IMG/VR virus record: IMGVR_UViG_3300009509_000008
Span: 1 to 64,000 of that record
Source of the DNA: a virus
Direction: 5' to 3' (one strand)
Length of the DNA stretch: 64,000 nucleotides
Positions 26,754 to 36,622 of this stretch are shown in pieces. Made by a program: the position numbers and the translations under genes. How positions within the stretch are numbered: the stretch's first letter is position 1; each line of letters opens with the position of its first letter. Under the pieces are notes generated by a model. The model had not been told where the DNA came from and did not search any database. It saw only the letters and a list, made by a program, of their open reading frames with translations.

Positions 26754-28786
26754 TTTGCCTCAACCCAGTTGTCGCCTACGCCGGGAGCGGCCTTCAACGG
26801 AACACGCAGGTTGATCCCAGGGTGCTCCATGTCTTCTTGAATGATTGGGCACGCTGCCTCGACGTTCTCCTCGGGGCACTCGAATACCAGCTCATCGTGG
26901 ATCTGCAGAAGCATCTTCACTCCGAGCTCACGAAGCCTCTCATCGAAGAAGCACTTGATCATAGCGCACATCACGATGTCTGCTGCAGTTCCCTGAATGA
27001 TAGTGTTGACTGAACGTCTCTCACCATCTCTTGAGGACTTGCAGTCGTTACACCAACATAGGTCACGCCGACCATTGGAGCTGCTCAGCTCACGCTGAAT
27101 GTGCTCCATCTTCTCGCTCCACTCCATGATTTGGCGGAGCCACCTACGGCGCCCAAGGAAGGTCTCGACGTACTTCGTGTCGGCCACCCTTCGATACGTT
27201 CCCTTGATGAACTTGGCGGCACCAGGAATCTTGGAGAAGTACGTGTCGATCAGCGCCTGGGCCTCGGCCTTTGCCGTGCGGCGGATATCCCAGTCGCTCC
27301 ACTCGGGGTGCTCCTTCTCGATACGCTCGAAGAACCCAAGCTCCCGAGCCAAGCTGTTGGCAGCTTTGCCGTAGTTGAGGCCGAAGCCTACAACCTTGAC
27401 CTTGTTCCGAAGGTCCCGGAGATACCAGGCCCGGTCGTCGTTCCAGTCCTTGTCCTTCTTTGCTCGAGCGACATCGGCGTAGGGCTCGCCCCAGACCAGC
27501 TCCACGTTGCCTGTGTGGATATCCTTGCCGGCCATGATGTTGCCGATGAGGCCCTTGTCCTTTGAGAAGTGGGCCAGGATGAACATCTCCAGCTGATCGT
27601 AGTCGCAGACTATGATCTTGTACCCCGGTCTGGCGATGAACGCTCGGCGGATATCGAAGTCCTTCCGTGGTCTCGGCTGGTTCTGGAGATTCGGATCTCT
27701 GGACGACAGGCGTCCAGTATCGGCTACATGTTGGTGGAACGTGGTATGTATTCGCCCGTTCTTGTCGACACGCTCCATCAAGCCAATGACGTAGGTGCCC
27801 AACAACTTTGCGAGCTCACGGTACTTGAGGATCAGTTTGGCCTCCTCGACACCGTCTTCTGCGTGCTGTTTCAGCACTGTCTCGTTGAGCGATGGGCTCT
27901 TCTTGCCCGATGACCCGCCGGTGGTCCATGCGATGGGCTCGAGTCCCATGTCTTCGTAAAACAACTTCCCCAGTTGTTTGGTGGAACCTGGATTGATCGG
28001 CTTTCCGATCATCCTGTTGAGCGCCCAGTTGATATCGGCGAGCTCCTTGGCCAACACAGGCTCGATTTCACCGAGGTACTTGAGATCGAGCTGGCAGCCG
28101 TTGCGCTCCATCTCGAAAAGCACCTTGGTCATGGGAACTTCGTACATGAGGAACAGATCCCATAGGCTGTACCCACGGTCCGTCACCACCCCCATCAGCT
28201 GCTTGCGCAGCCGCTTGAAGAGGCGAAAGACTCCCCAGGCGTCAAGGCTCGCATAGTCGATTACCCTGTCGGGGTCACGATCCCACGCCTCGAGCATGAT
28301 CTCTTGAAGTGACCTCTTTGGTGGCTTGCGGAACTTGCCCCGCTTGTCCTTCGGGTAGAAGGTCTCTGGAAACGTCCGCATCCTCTCGTTGAACTCCCGC
28401 TCGTAGGCCTCCTTCAAGCCGTGGTCTTGATCTGGATCGAGAAGTCGGTCCATCACGAGGGTGTCCATCATGCTACCGGCGATGTGAATCCCGCTATTGG
28501 CGCACATGTGGAAGTCGAATTTGATCTGCGATCCGATCCACATCTTGTCCTTGTCCTCGAAGATCTCCTTGAACATGTGGAGCTTGTCGGCCTCGAGGAA
28601 GTATCGATCAGGCCCCGTGCTCAGGGACCAGAAGATGACGTAGTCGGTATCGATGCGGATTCCAGTCGTCTCAGTGTCGAGAGCCAGCACATCCTTGTCT
28701 CGGCACAGGTTGATCAGCTTCTGGACTTGTTTCTTGGTCTTGATCCATATTGGTTCTGGGCGCTTCAGTCCCCATGCTAGTTTCAC
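26750..28786 (-). CDS. polA: DNA polymerase family A (3'-5' exonuclease + polymerase)
   Basis: ALDTETTG (ExoI), YASLDA (ExoIII), TGRLSSRDPNLQN, DYDQLE (motif A), K..FGLNYG (B), QIHDEL (C). Confidence 0.95.
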   Translation of the reverse strand: MKLAWGLKRPEPIWIKTKKQVQKLINLCRDKDVLALDTETTGIRIDTDYVIFWSLSTGPDRYFLEADKLHMFKEIFEDKDKMWIGSQIKFDFHMCANSGIHIAGSMMDTLVMDRLLDPDQDHGLKEAYEREFNERMRTFPETFYPKDKRGKFRKPPKRSLQEIMLEAWDRDPDRVIDYASLDAWGVFRLFKRLRKQLMGVVTDRGYSLWDLFLMYEVPMTKVLFEMERNGCQLDLKYLGEIEPVLAKELADINWALNRMIGKPINPGSTKQLGKLFYEDMGLEPIAWTTGGSSGKKSPSLNETVLKQHAEDGVEEAKLILKYRELAKLLGTYVIGLMERVDKNGRIHTTFHQHVADTGRLSSRDPNLQNQPRPRKDFDIRRAFIARPGYKIIVCDYDQLEMFILAHFSKDKGLIGNIMAGKDIHTGNVELVWGEPYADVARAKKDKDWNDDRAWYLRDLRNKVKVVGFGLNYGKAANSLARELGFFERIEKEHPEWSDWDIRRTAKAEAQALIDTYFSKIPGAAKFIKGTYRRVADTKYVETFLGRRRWLRQIMEWSEKMEHIQRELSSSNGRRDLCWCNDCKSSRDGERRSVNTIIQGTAADIVMCAMIKCFFDERLRELGVKMLLQIHDELVFECPEENVEAACPIIQEDMEHPGINLRVPLKAAPGVGDNWVEAK

Positions 28787-29082
28787 TACAGCCTCCTGAA
28801 TGTGAAGTGGCTGGGTCCACGCTCGATGAGTTCTCGAGCTATGACGCCCATGTCCTTGTGTGAGTAGCTGATGGAGATCCCGAGCTCGGCTTTGATGGTT
28901 CCATCACGATGACCGTAGGCCAGAGCCGAGCACAGGTCCTCGTGCTCGAGCAGGAGACGCAGTGCTCTTCGATAAGCCTTGCGACTCTCCAGCTTTCCCA
29001 CGAGCGGCCTGAGCTCAGCCCTAACCTCGGTCAACCGAGTCTTGTGGGCAAGGACCGCATCAGCATGCTTGGTCCATCCCAT
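28786..29082 (-). CDS. Hypothetical protein
   Basis: 98 aa, tightly packed between neighbours in the operon. Confidence 0.55.
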   Translation of the reverse strand: MGWTKHADAVLAHKTRLTEVRAELRPLVGKLESRKAYRRALRLLLEHEDLCSALAYGHRDGTIKAELGISISYSHKDMGVIARELIERGPSHFTFRRL

Positions 29083-29086
29083 CGAT

Positions 29087-30208
29087 CTACTCGTTATCGT
29101 CGTCCCAGTCGTCTCCGCCCTTGGTATCCTTCCCGCCCTTCTTGAAGGGGTTAGTGATGTTGAGGCGTGCAGCCTGCTCGTCGGGATCGAGGACCTTGTA
29201 CGACCAGAGCTTGTTCCAGTCGAACGGCTTCATTTGGTCCTTGATCTTCGCTGCCAACTTCACAGAGATTGGCTCGCAGTCGGAGATCTGAAGCACGGAC
29301 TGTTTCCCAGTACCAGACATGTAGATCTCCATCACGGAGTTCCACAGTGTGAGCGGCCTCGGCTTGCTGCAGCTGTCGCACTGCGAGTACTCGACGAGCA
29401 TTCCTTCGTGCCCACAGTGCGGACACTCATGCTCGTCCTCTCGCAGGCTCTTGAGCTCACCCTTCTCCTCGAGCGGATCGGACTCAAGGTCACGCACGGC
29501 CTCCTCGCACTCGGAGCACAAGAAGGCTCTCGGCTTGATCTTGCCTCCGCAGGCGCAGTTGCGACCAAGGACGTTCACCTCGAGGTTCACCAGCTGCTCG
29601 GTGTGCATGGGTCCGAGCTCCCAGTACATGCGTCGTCCGTAGACTCTGTCGATGCCCTTCTTGCAGTATCGACACCTCTTTCCACGGCACTTCTTCATCT
29701 CTTTGACGGTGATGGTGCCGTTCTTCGCCTTGCGGCTCTTGCTCTCCTTCTCGACCTCGACCTCGTGATACCAGCCGAGCAGGAGGATGTTGAAGAGGTG
29801 GACCTTCCGGAGGTTGATGTACTCTGCTCCCGAGTCGATTTCGTAGCAGGGGGCGCACGTTCCCGTACCCTCGACGATGATCCAGTCGCCGTCCTCGACG
29901 TCCTCACGTTTTAGTCCTGCTGTGCACCGGCAGCTCCGCTTCGCCGTGGCGTTGAAGTGGGTGTGAAGTATCCCATAGTCACGCTCGATGATCTGGTCCT
30001 TCTTCCCTTCACGCTCGAGCTTCATCTTGTAGGGCTCGTCAGGCCGGTACATGACGACTCGTGCGGGTTCCTCCTCGGCCGACGGCGGCTTGAACTGGTC
30101 GTCGAATCCTCCGCCTCCTCCCTTCTTCTTCTTCTGCTTCATGCTCTGTCGGAGCTGGCTGCTAGCACGTACTCCCTGGCTGAACTGCCCGAACTTGTCC
30201 TTAGCCAT
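29087..30208 (-). CDS. Putative single-stranded DNA-binding protein (gp32-like) with multiple zinc ribbons
   Basis: Lies between primase and polA; acidic C-tail DDWDDDNE; several CxxC pairs. Confidence 0.55.
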   Translation of the reverse strand: MAKDKFGQFSQGVRASSQLRQSMKQKKKKGGGGGFDDQFKPPSAEEEPARVVMYRPDEPYKMKLEREGKKDQIIERDYGILHTHFNATAKRSCRCTAGLKREDVEDGDWIIVEGTGTCAPCYEIDSGAEYINLRKVHLFNILLLGWYHEVEVEKESKSRKAKNGTITVKEMKKCRGKRCRYCKKGIDRVYGRRMYWELGPMHTEQLVNLEVNVLGRNCACGGKIKPRAFLCSECEEAVRDLESDPLEEKGELKSLREDEHECPHCGHEGMLVEYSQCDSCSKPRPLTLWNSVMEIYMSGTGKQSVLQISDCEPISVKLAAKIKDQMKPFDWNKLWSYKVLDPDEQAARLNITNPFKKGGKDTKGGDDWDDDNE

Positions 30209-31215
30209 CGTTCATACCTCATCCGTGTTTGGAATACCTTCGTGAGCCCGTATCCGCTCAGGTAGTCCGGTTGTTTGAAAAACGGGTGCCACGGTTGACA
30301 CACGTTCACATCCAGTGATTTGGACAGCCACTGTCCGATACGATAGGTGGCCATCCGCCCAGGCTTATCATTGTCTAAGAAGAGAGTGACAGAACTGGTC
30401 ATCCTCCGGACGATGTCTGCTTGGGTCTTCGTGATACTCGAGCCCATGAGAGCAACTACGTTGGTCCACCCGTGCTGGATCAACCAGATGCAGGCTTTGA
30501 ATCCCTCTACTATGATGAGCTCGAACTCCTTAGCTGTGTTGGCGTGGAGCACCTCGGGGTAGACACGATGCGCATTCCACAGGAAGTTATGACTCTTGAT
30601 CTCGTATCCTGGGAATTGATCATCAAAGAACTCCCCGAAGTCTCCGACTAAGCCTCTCTTTCCTCCTCGATACACCTTATACCGAGGCTCGTCCCCGATC
30701 ACCGTTCTCCCTGACACACCAACAAGATTGCCGTACAGGTCACGAATCGGGTACGTGATCCGATCTTTGCCCTTGTCGTATCCAATTTCGAGTTGACGTA
30801 GGACCTTCGGATCGAAGTCCTTGGAGACTAGATCACGTGGCTTGAAGTCAAAGGTTCCGAGTACTGTCTCTGGAATGATGATATCGCTCCGAAATGGATT
30901 CCCGGTCTTGAACCTATATCGCTCTTCTCGCTTGGCTCGCTCTTTGTGTTCTTGGAGATCCTCCCTCAGTGGTCCGAGTAGGGCCTCTATTCGGCTGCGG
31001 CTCAGCCCCACAAAGCGGAGGAAGTCTGCCAGACCTCCTTTGAGCCCACACCCGTGACAGAACCACAGTCCGTTCTCCGTGTTGATGGCAAAGCTGGGCT
31101 TGCTATCATCATGGAACGGGCACCTAGCCATGATGTTGTTGTGCCCGCTGGACTTTATGTTTCCGCTCAGGTGTGGGGACACGAGGTCAAATATTGGACC
31201 AGTGCCCCTTCCCAT
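30139..31215 (-). CDS. dnaG: DNA primase (CHC2 zinc finger + TOPRIM)
   Basis: CPFHDDSKPSF..CHGC; IIVEGFKA; FLDND..G. Confidence 0.9.
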   Translation of the reverse strand: MGRGTGPIFDLVSPHLSGNIKSSGHNNIMARCPFHDDSKPSFAINTENGLWFCHGCGLKGGLADFLRFVGLSRSRIEALLGPLREDLQEHKERAKREERYRFKTGNPFRSDIIIPETVLGTFDFKPRDLVSKDFDPKVLRQLEIGYDKGKDRITYPIRDLYGNLVGVSGRTVIGDEPRYKVYRGGKRGLVGDFGEFFDDQFPGYEIKSHNFLWNAHRVYPEVLHANTAKEFELIIVEGFKACIWLIQHGWTNVVALMGSSITKTQADIVRRMTSSVTLFLDNDKPGRMATYRIGQWLSKSLDVNVCQPWHPFFKQPDYLSGYGLTKVFQTRMRYERWLRTSSGSSAREYVLAASSDRA

Positions 31216-32672
31216 TACACGTCGTACTCCTCATCGTCGTCGATGTCGTCTTCGAGCTCGATATCGTCAAAGTCACTTTCGTGCTCCTTCAATATCTTTT
31301 TCAGCTTGCCCTGCTTCTTCTTACGCTCTTCTCCAAGAGAGCCGGGCGTCTTACCGCTGACTCCCTGGGGTGGTCCCTTGCGTCGATCTGCTCGCTTGAT
31401 CCATCCGCCCCACTTCCACGAGGTTGACGGGATGACCAGCAGGTCAAATCCGTCGGTCTTGATCTCACGAGCACCAGCTATCCAGGCTGAGAGGCTGACA
31501 CGTCCTTGGTCGTCAGTTCCGTTCTTGACTATCTTCAGACCAAGGTCAGCCTCTTGACCGGCCGCATCAGTGTAGGAGATGTCCTCCATCCCCTCAATGG
31601 CATCGTCGCCTTTGTCTCGGTTCTTTTGCGTTATGCCTATGATTGGAACCTGTAGTCGCTGAGCAGCGTGCTTCAGGTCCTGTGTGATCGCCGCTTGGAC
31701 TTCCCACTTCATCGAGCGCCTTCCAGTGCGGTCGTCCCTCATTCTGTAGAACGAGTCTGCGATGATGAGGTGCGGCTCGAACTGCTCGGCCTTTGCAATG
31801 AGATGCCCTACCCCGCCACCAGCTGGGTCCTCCTTGTCGGATGTGATCAGGAATGACCTCTTGTGGGTCTTGGTGGCATTCTTCTTCTCTTCCGCCTTGA
31901 GATACTTCAACCGCTTGAAGTACGCCTGCCTTTGCTCCTTTGGCAGCTTTGCCCGACGCAGCTGGTCATAGTCCAGGTTGCACAATGTAGCTGCGACCCG
32001 TCGACGCAGTTGCTCTGGCGACATCTCACAGGAGTAAAACATCACCCGGCGGTTTCCGACCTCGTAGGCGTGTGTGGCGATCTTGATGCCGACCCACGTC
32101 TTCATCGACTTGAGCCGGCCGTAGAGGACAATGAACTCTTCGGGGAGCATGCCCTGGGTTTGGATGTTCAGCTCCTCCCAGGGCCAGGGCACCCCAAGGA
32201 TACCCTTGGCCTTCGCTATGCGCTTGTACTCGCTGATGAGCTCCCCGGCTGACTCAGCCAGGATGACATCCCGGCTGTGCGGCACCATGATCTGTGCCTC
32301 TATCAGCTTCGCCCGCATCAGTGCTATGGCCTCATATGGACCGTCGCCCTCGAGCACCTGTGAGATCTCCTCGAGAGAGTTTCCGATCTTTCGAGTCATC
32401 GACTTCTTTCGGAGAATCTCACAGAGCTCGGCGACGGACTCTCGGCTCTTTGGATATTCAAACGACGGAAAGCGCTCCTTCATCCATCTTCGAGTTGGAG
32501 TCTTTCCAAAGTGGGCTCCGTCGTTGTAGTACTCACGGATGGCCTTGAACATCTGTCGGGTATCGGCAGATTTGAACATAGAGATCGTGATCCGAGCCTT
32601 CTGCACAGATCTGAAGTTCCCAGTTCTTACGATCTTTGCGATGAGCCTATGTTCAACATTCATCGGGCTCAC
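31215..32672 (-). CDS. dnaB: DnaB-like replicative helicase
   Basis: GMLPEEFIVLYGRLKSMKTW, YSCEM, IIADSFY, PIIGITQ.NR, QEAD. Confidence 0.85.
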   Translation of the reverse strand: MSPMNVEHRLIAKIVRTGNFRSVQKARITISMFKSADTRQMFKAIREYYNDGAHFGKTPTRRWMKERFPSFEYPKSRESVAELCEILRKKSMTRKIGNSLEEISQVLEGDGPYEAIALMRAKLIEAQIMVPHSRDVILAESAGELISEYKRIAKAKGILGVPWPWEELNIQTQGMLPEEFIVLYGRLKSMKTWVGIKIATHAYEVGNRRVMFYSCEMSPEQLRRRVAATLCNLDYDQLRRAKLPKEQRQAYFKRLKYLKAEEKKNATKTHKRSFLITSDKEDPAGGGVGHLIAKAEQFEPHLIIADSFYRMRDDRTGRRSMKWEVQAAITQDLKHAAQRLQVPIIGITQKNRDKGDDAIEGMEDISYTDAAGQEADLGLKIVKNGTDDQGRVSLSAWIAGAREIKTDGFDLLVIPSTSWKWGGWIKRADRRKGPPQGVSGKTPGSLGEERKKKQGKLKKILKEHESDFDDIELEDDIDDDEEYDV

Positions 32673-32988
32673 CCACCGGGGTTACCCTGACGAGGTTGCC
32701 TTTGAACAACACAGACGGTCTTCCGTCGGGCAGTGTCACCGACAACGTCCACTTCCCAACCTTGTCTAGAACGCAACTCTGTATGCGCTCAGCGTTCACA
32801 TCGATGACTGTGACTGCTCGGCCGACGTATGACATCAGCTCTCGTGTATCGACTTTCGATCCTAGTAACTCGTGGAGCTGACGTAGCTCCTTGGCCTGCT
32901 CTGCTACTCGCTCTTCGAGGAACTGAATCCTCTTGTTCGTGCGAGACGAACCCTGTGGGCGTGGTGGCCCATCGTTCCGTTTACCCAT
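32653..32988 (-). CDS. Coiled-coil + Sm/Hfq-like domain protein
   Basis: Start at ATG 32988 (GGAGGT SD). C-terminal YVGRAVTV..VLDKVGKWTLSV..VLFKGNLVRV resembles Sm1/Sm2 motifs. Confidence 0.45.
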   Translation of the reverse strand: MGKRNDGPPRPQGSSRTNKRIQFLEERVAEQAKELRQLHELLGSKVDTRELMSYVGRAVTVIDVNAERIQSCVLDKVGKWTLSVTLPDGRPSVLFKGNLVRVTPVGEPDEC

Positions 32989-33007
32989 GACACCTCCGAG
33001 ACCCTTC

Positions 33008-33036
33008 AGCCTACCACAGGGCCGAAAGGCGATCAA
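33008..33036 (-). promoter_or_regulatory. Sigma70-like promoter
   Basis: TTGATC-N17-TAGGCT with TGn extension, in the intergenic gap ahead of the helicase/primase genes. Confidence 0.5.
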
Positions 33037-33087
33037 TTCCCGCTATATAGGGGTATTCACTGAAGTCCACTACCACATCTTGTGGCT

Positions 33088-34347
33088 TCAGTTGGAGGTG
33101 CGCTTGATCACTCGCCGCATGTACTTCCCGGCGAGCGTCTCGATGTCGTGCTGCCGATCCATGTTGCGTCTGGACGCCATGGCAACCCTGGCGATTGCCT
33201 GCATGACCCCGTACGCAGTAGTGACTGGCTCCTCCTCGAACGCCTTGAGGGTAGCCTCTCGCAGAGCCTTGGACTGGTTGGACATAAAGCCCTCGATCTC
33301 GGCCTTTGCCGCATCCACGTCATCGAACTTGACGTTGTGCATCTTCTGGCTGTTGGAGATGATCTCCTTCTGCCTCTCGGGAAGCACGTTGTACATGTTC
33401 TCGATGATCCGATCGAGCTCCCTGTCGCTGACGCCACGGTGCTGACGGTAGAGGAGCTTCTCTTCCTTGACTCCAACGATCACACCGTTGACGCAGACGA
33501 ATCGAACGAAGTACGGCTCGCCACTCAGAGCATAGGATCCGACCTCGGAGTTCCTGATGCGAATCCCGAAGTAGGCGCCGTCGCCCGGCTCGTGCCCGGA
33601 GCCCGGAGCTCCAAACGTTCTGCGATCACCAATCCTTCCTCCGGCAGGCTGCGCTGTGAGGAGGTCGACGGGCTCTCTGTTCACCAGCATGAAGTGCGAG
33701 CCGTTGTCTCGCAAAGACCAGATGGCGAATCCCTGGTCCTTCAGCTGCTCGGGGTCTGCGACCTGACGGATGCGATCGAACATCCGTGCGTCTCGTATCT
33801 CGGAGTAGGTGGGCGATACGAACCCACGGAGGACTCCGTCGGTAGCGATCTTCTCGATGCCGTTCTTCCCCCTCGGCAGGCCGGACAGGATGTCACTTGC
33901 TCCGTGTGAACGAGCAATCACCCTCTTGAGCGTCGGGGTTGGTAGGAACCGCAGGTGTGTGCGCACCGCCTTCTGTATCTCATCCGGAGGAGTGTGCCCG
34001 AAGAACTTCGTCCACCTCACGCCGATCTCATTCCCGAGCTGCCTCTGAGCGTGCGGTGTCATCTTCAGATTCCCAAAGCCAGGAACATAGACGACGTCGC
34101 CGGCGATGAACCTCAGAGCCCTGAGGTCCAGGACGTCGTAGCCAAGGTCATCGTTGACGCCGACGGTGAGTCCTCTGTCACTAGCTTTCACCTTCCTTGG
34201 CTCGAGTCTCAGGTCCTCCAGTCGCTGGACCTTCTCCTGTACTTCGTCAAAGCTGTGGAGTTGAAGTTGAGGAACCTCCCAGTTGAGGTTCGATGATTCC
34301 GATTGGGCCATCGGAGCGTTTCGATCTACCCGTAGTTGTCCTGTCAT
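33088..34347 (-). CDS. DUF932-like protein
   Basis: IRNSEVGSYAL..RFVCVNG and T.YGVMQAI motifs typical of DUF932. Confidence 0.7.
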   Translation of the reverse strand: MTGQLRVDRNAPMAQSESSNLNWEVPQLQLHSFDEVQEKVQRLEDLRLEPRKVKASDRGLTVGVNDDLGYDVLDLRALRFIAGDVVYVPGFGNLKMTPHAQRQLGNEIGVRWTKFFGHTPPDEIQKAVRTHLRFLPTPTLKRVIARSHGASDILSGLPRGKNGIEKIATDGVLRGFVSPTYSEIRDARMFDRIRQVADPEQLKDQGFAIWSLRDNGSHFMLVNREPVDLLTAQPAGGRIGDRRTFGAPGSGHEPGDGAYFGIRIRNSEVGSYALSGEPYFVRFVCVNGVIVGVKEEKLLYRQHRGVSDRELDRIIENMYNVLPERQKEIISNSQKMHNVKFDDVDAAKAEIEGFMSNQSKALREATLKAFEEEPVTTAYGVMQAIARVAMASRRNMDRQHDIETLAGKYMRRVIKRTSN

Positions 34348-34597
34348 TTTCAGTCACCTCGAAGTATACCGTGAGAAGATGCTCCTCCACACGGTCACGA
34401 AGCTCAGTGACGAGCTTCAAAACATCCTGAGGCCATGGGCCCTTGTACAATGATCGTGCAAGTGACCCAGGCCCCGACCCGTGATCCAGCAACCCAACGG
34501 TTGCAGCGAGCGCCAGCTCTTCAGCGACGCCCGGTTCAATCTCTATCCTTACCGCATTCACGGCGTTTATCTTGCTCTGAGCCTCTGTCTTCTTCAT
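34247..34597 (-). CDS. Hypothetical protein
   Basis: 116-aa ORF in the operon. Confidence 0.5.
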   Translation of the reverse strand: MKKTEAQSKINAVNAVRIEIEPGVAEELALAATVGLLDHGSGPGSLARSLYKGPWPQDVLKLVTELRDRVEEHLLTVYFEVTENDRTTTGRSKRSDGPIGIIEPQLGGSSTSTPQL

Positions 34598-34598
34598 C

Positions 34599-34952
34599 TC
34601 AATCCCTCTCCTCTTCAGCGATGATCTCCGCCACCTCCTCGAGGATGGCAGCGCTCTCCGCCATATCTACCTTCATGAACTTGCGTACCAGCTGTCGGCA
34701 CGCTTTGTTGGCCACTGCTGCCGTTCTCGGATCCTGGTTGCAGCACAGCTCGACGTAGGTCGTGTCGCTCACCTTGAAGCGGCCAAATGGGAGAGCCTTG
34801 GCGACGGTTTTCGACTTGGCGATCTTCATGAGCACCTTGCCGTCATCTGCGATCTTGTCGATCTCAACCGTGTAGTCACGGTCTTTTCGCTTAGGCTTCC
34901 GATTCTTTCTTTCGGTCTCCTTCGTTGTGCGGACCTTTGCTTTTGCCATCAT
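34599..34952 (-). CDS. Hypothetical protein
   Basis: 117 aa, basic N-terminus, ATGA overlap. Confidence 0.55.
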   Translation of the reverse strand: MMAKAKVRTTKETERKNRKPKRKDRDYTVEIDKIADDGKVLMKIAKSKTVAKALPFGRFKVSDTTYVELCCNQDPRTAAVANKACRQLVRKFMKVDMAESAAILEEVAEIIAEEERD

Positions 34953-35383
34953 CCCACCACGATGTCAGGCGGAGCGTGGAGAACCCGATTCGAGGTTTTG
35001 ATCTCCAACACCGCCTTCGCTGCCTCGTCCGGCTGGATCTCACCAGCCTGGACAAGATGATCGAAGTTGTCGGTGTTCACCTTGAACTGAACCTCCACCA
35101 GGGCTTGTTGGATATCCCGCCGGTCTTTGAAGTGGTCGTACAAGAACCGGCCATCGAATACTCGACGACGTTGGATAGACACCTCAAGTGGGCCGGCGCC
35201 GAGACCTGTCTCACGACAGATCATCTTCAGCTTCTGCATGCGCACATTCACATCGTTGGCCAGCACGGAGTACTGCTCGATGATGTCCTCGTACTCTTCG
35301 ATGAACTCGTCGAGTGCAGCTCGAGCTCTCTTCCACTCTCGCAGCACCCTGTCTACCCTCTTGTTCTCTGTCGACTTCGCCAT
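34949..35383 (-). CDS. Hypothetical protein
   Basis: Start at ATG 35383 (GAGGTG SD; MAKSTENK...). Confidence 0.55.
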   Translation of the reverse strand: MAKSTENKRVDRVLREWKRARAALDEFIEEYEDIIEQYSVLANDVNVRMQKLKMICRETGLGAGPLEVSIQRRRVFDGRFLYDHFKDRRDIQQALVEVQFKVNTDNFDHLVQAGEIQPDEAAKAVLEIKTSNRVLHAPPDIVVG

Positions 35384-35387
35384 TTCT

Positions 35388-36071
35388 TCACCTCTCGTAG
35401 CACTTGCGTGCCATCTTGAGCAGCCTCGACGCAAACACAAAGTCCCGCACTAGATACCACTTGGGGCCGTATTTGGCGTCAGATGGGTTTCTCAGTATGA
35501 ACGCCGGGTGCTGGCTCACAACTACCGGATACTGCACCATCTTGTAGATGCCGGGTATCCGGATCATCAGGACCTCTCCACGGGTTTTCCCAATTGTCAG
35601 AGAGGAGTCACCAGTCAGTGTGTGAATGACAGACCTGCCCATGGCGACGATGAGATACGGATCAACATCCAATATCGTTTTGTACAGTCTGGGCAGGCAC
35701 CTAGCGACTTCTGCTTTTGTGGGAGGACGAATAGTCTTACGGCCGTCAACCATATGCAGCGGCCTGCATGGGACCAGGTTGTCGGCGAAGACATCCTCCC
35801 TCGTCATGTTGTTGACGATGAGTAGCTGGTTTAGTAGGCCTCCAGAATCTCCTATGAATGGGACACCCTCGAGGTCCTCCTCGTTCCCTGGGCCCTCTCC
35901 TATGATGATCATTCGTGCGTTTGGGTGCCCACTCCCGTGCACGACTTGGCTTCGACTCTCCACCAGATCCTCGCAGAGCTCACAGTCGTCCCACATGTCA
36001 GCGAGGTCTAGCTCAAAGAGCTTCATGGTACGGGAGAACTCGGGGAACTTTACGCTGATGGGTCTCATCAA
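35388..36071 (-). CDS. Uracil-DNA glycosylase family 4 (Fe-S)
   Basis: CELCEDL, IIGEGPG.EED..G.PFIG.SG, N...CRP, HPA.ILR. Confidence 0.9.
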   Translation of the reverse strand: MMRPISVKFPEFSRTMKLFELDLADMWDDCELCEDLVESRSQVVHGSGHPNARMIIIGEGPGNEEDLEGVPFIGDSGGLLNQLLIVNNMTREDVFADNLVPCRPLHMVDGRKTIRPPTKAEVARCLPRLYKTILDVDPYLIVAMGRSVIHTLTGDSSLTIGKTRGEVLMIRIPGIYKMVQYPVVVSQHPAFILRNPSDAKYGPKWYLVRDFVFASRLLKMARKCYER

Positions 36072-36622
36072 ACGATGATCTTGCGTCTGCCTGGGCCTGG
36101 AGATGCTGGTGGATTACCTTTTGCGATCCGTTCCAGCTCAGCCATAGCTCCTGGGCCGGCGGGCATGACACGACGAGGTTCGGAGTGGGCGGGCCTGATG
36201 TCGTCTGGGTTCTCCACCATCACCTTCAGCATCGTGCACAGGTCAAGATACATCAGCGCTGTGGCTCTGGCGCTCGGCTCGTCCAAATCCCGAACCCGAT
36301 ATCCTCCTTGTGGGTACTTCAGCCCCCATACGGGAATCGGAAGCTGGCAGTAGTCGATCGACGACATCGATGGAGCCTTCACGAACGTACCATTTGGGTT
36401 TCGTCCGAGAACATCGGTGTCGAGCCTCACAACATTCAGAAGCTCATCGACCTCGAATAGGCTGGTGTCGAGAGCCATGTTGCGCACGAGTCCGATGATC
36501 CGCAAGTCACCCATTTGATAGACGTGCAGGCGTCGAATGGCGTCGGTGACCACCTCATCTGGGTATCGAGCTTCGATGGCCGACTCTTCTTTCTCTGCTG
36601 GCTGTTCTGTTTGATCCGTCAT
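36068..36622 (-). CDS. Hypothetical protein
   Basis: 184 aa, ATGA overlaps on both sides. Confidence 0.6.
   Translation of the reverse strand: MTDQTEQPAEKEESAIEARYPDEVVTDAIRRLHVYQMGDLRIIGLVRNMALDTSLFEVDELLNVVRLDTDVLGRNPNGTFVKAPSMSSIDYCQLPIPVWGLKYPQGGYRVRDLDEPSARATALMYLDLCTMLKVMVENPDDIRPAHSEPRRVMPAGPGAMAELERIAKGNPPASPGPGRRKIIV

Noticed and set aside
28979-29914. 311-aa + strand ORF (similarly 33082..33909, 39446..40768, 21705..22142, 46962..47684)
   Set aside because: Antisense shadows of well-supported genes, expected with biased codon usage; no recognisable motifs.
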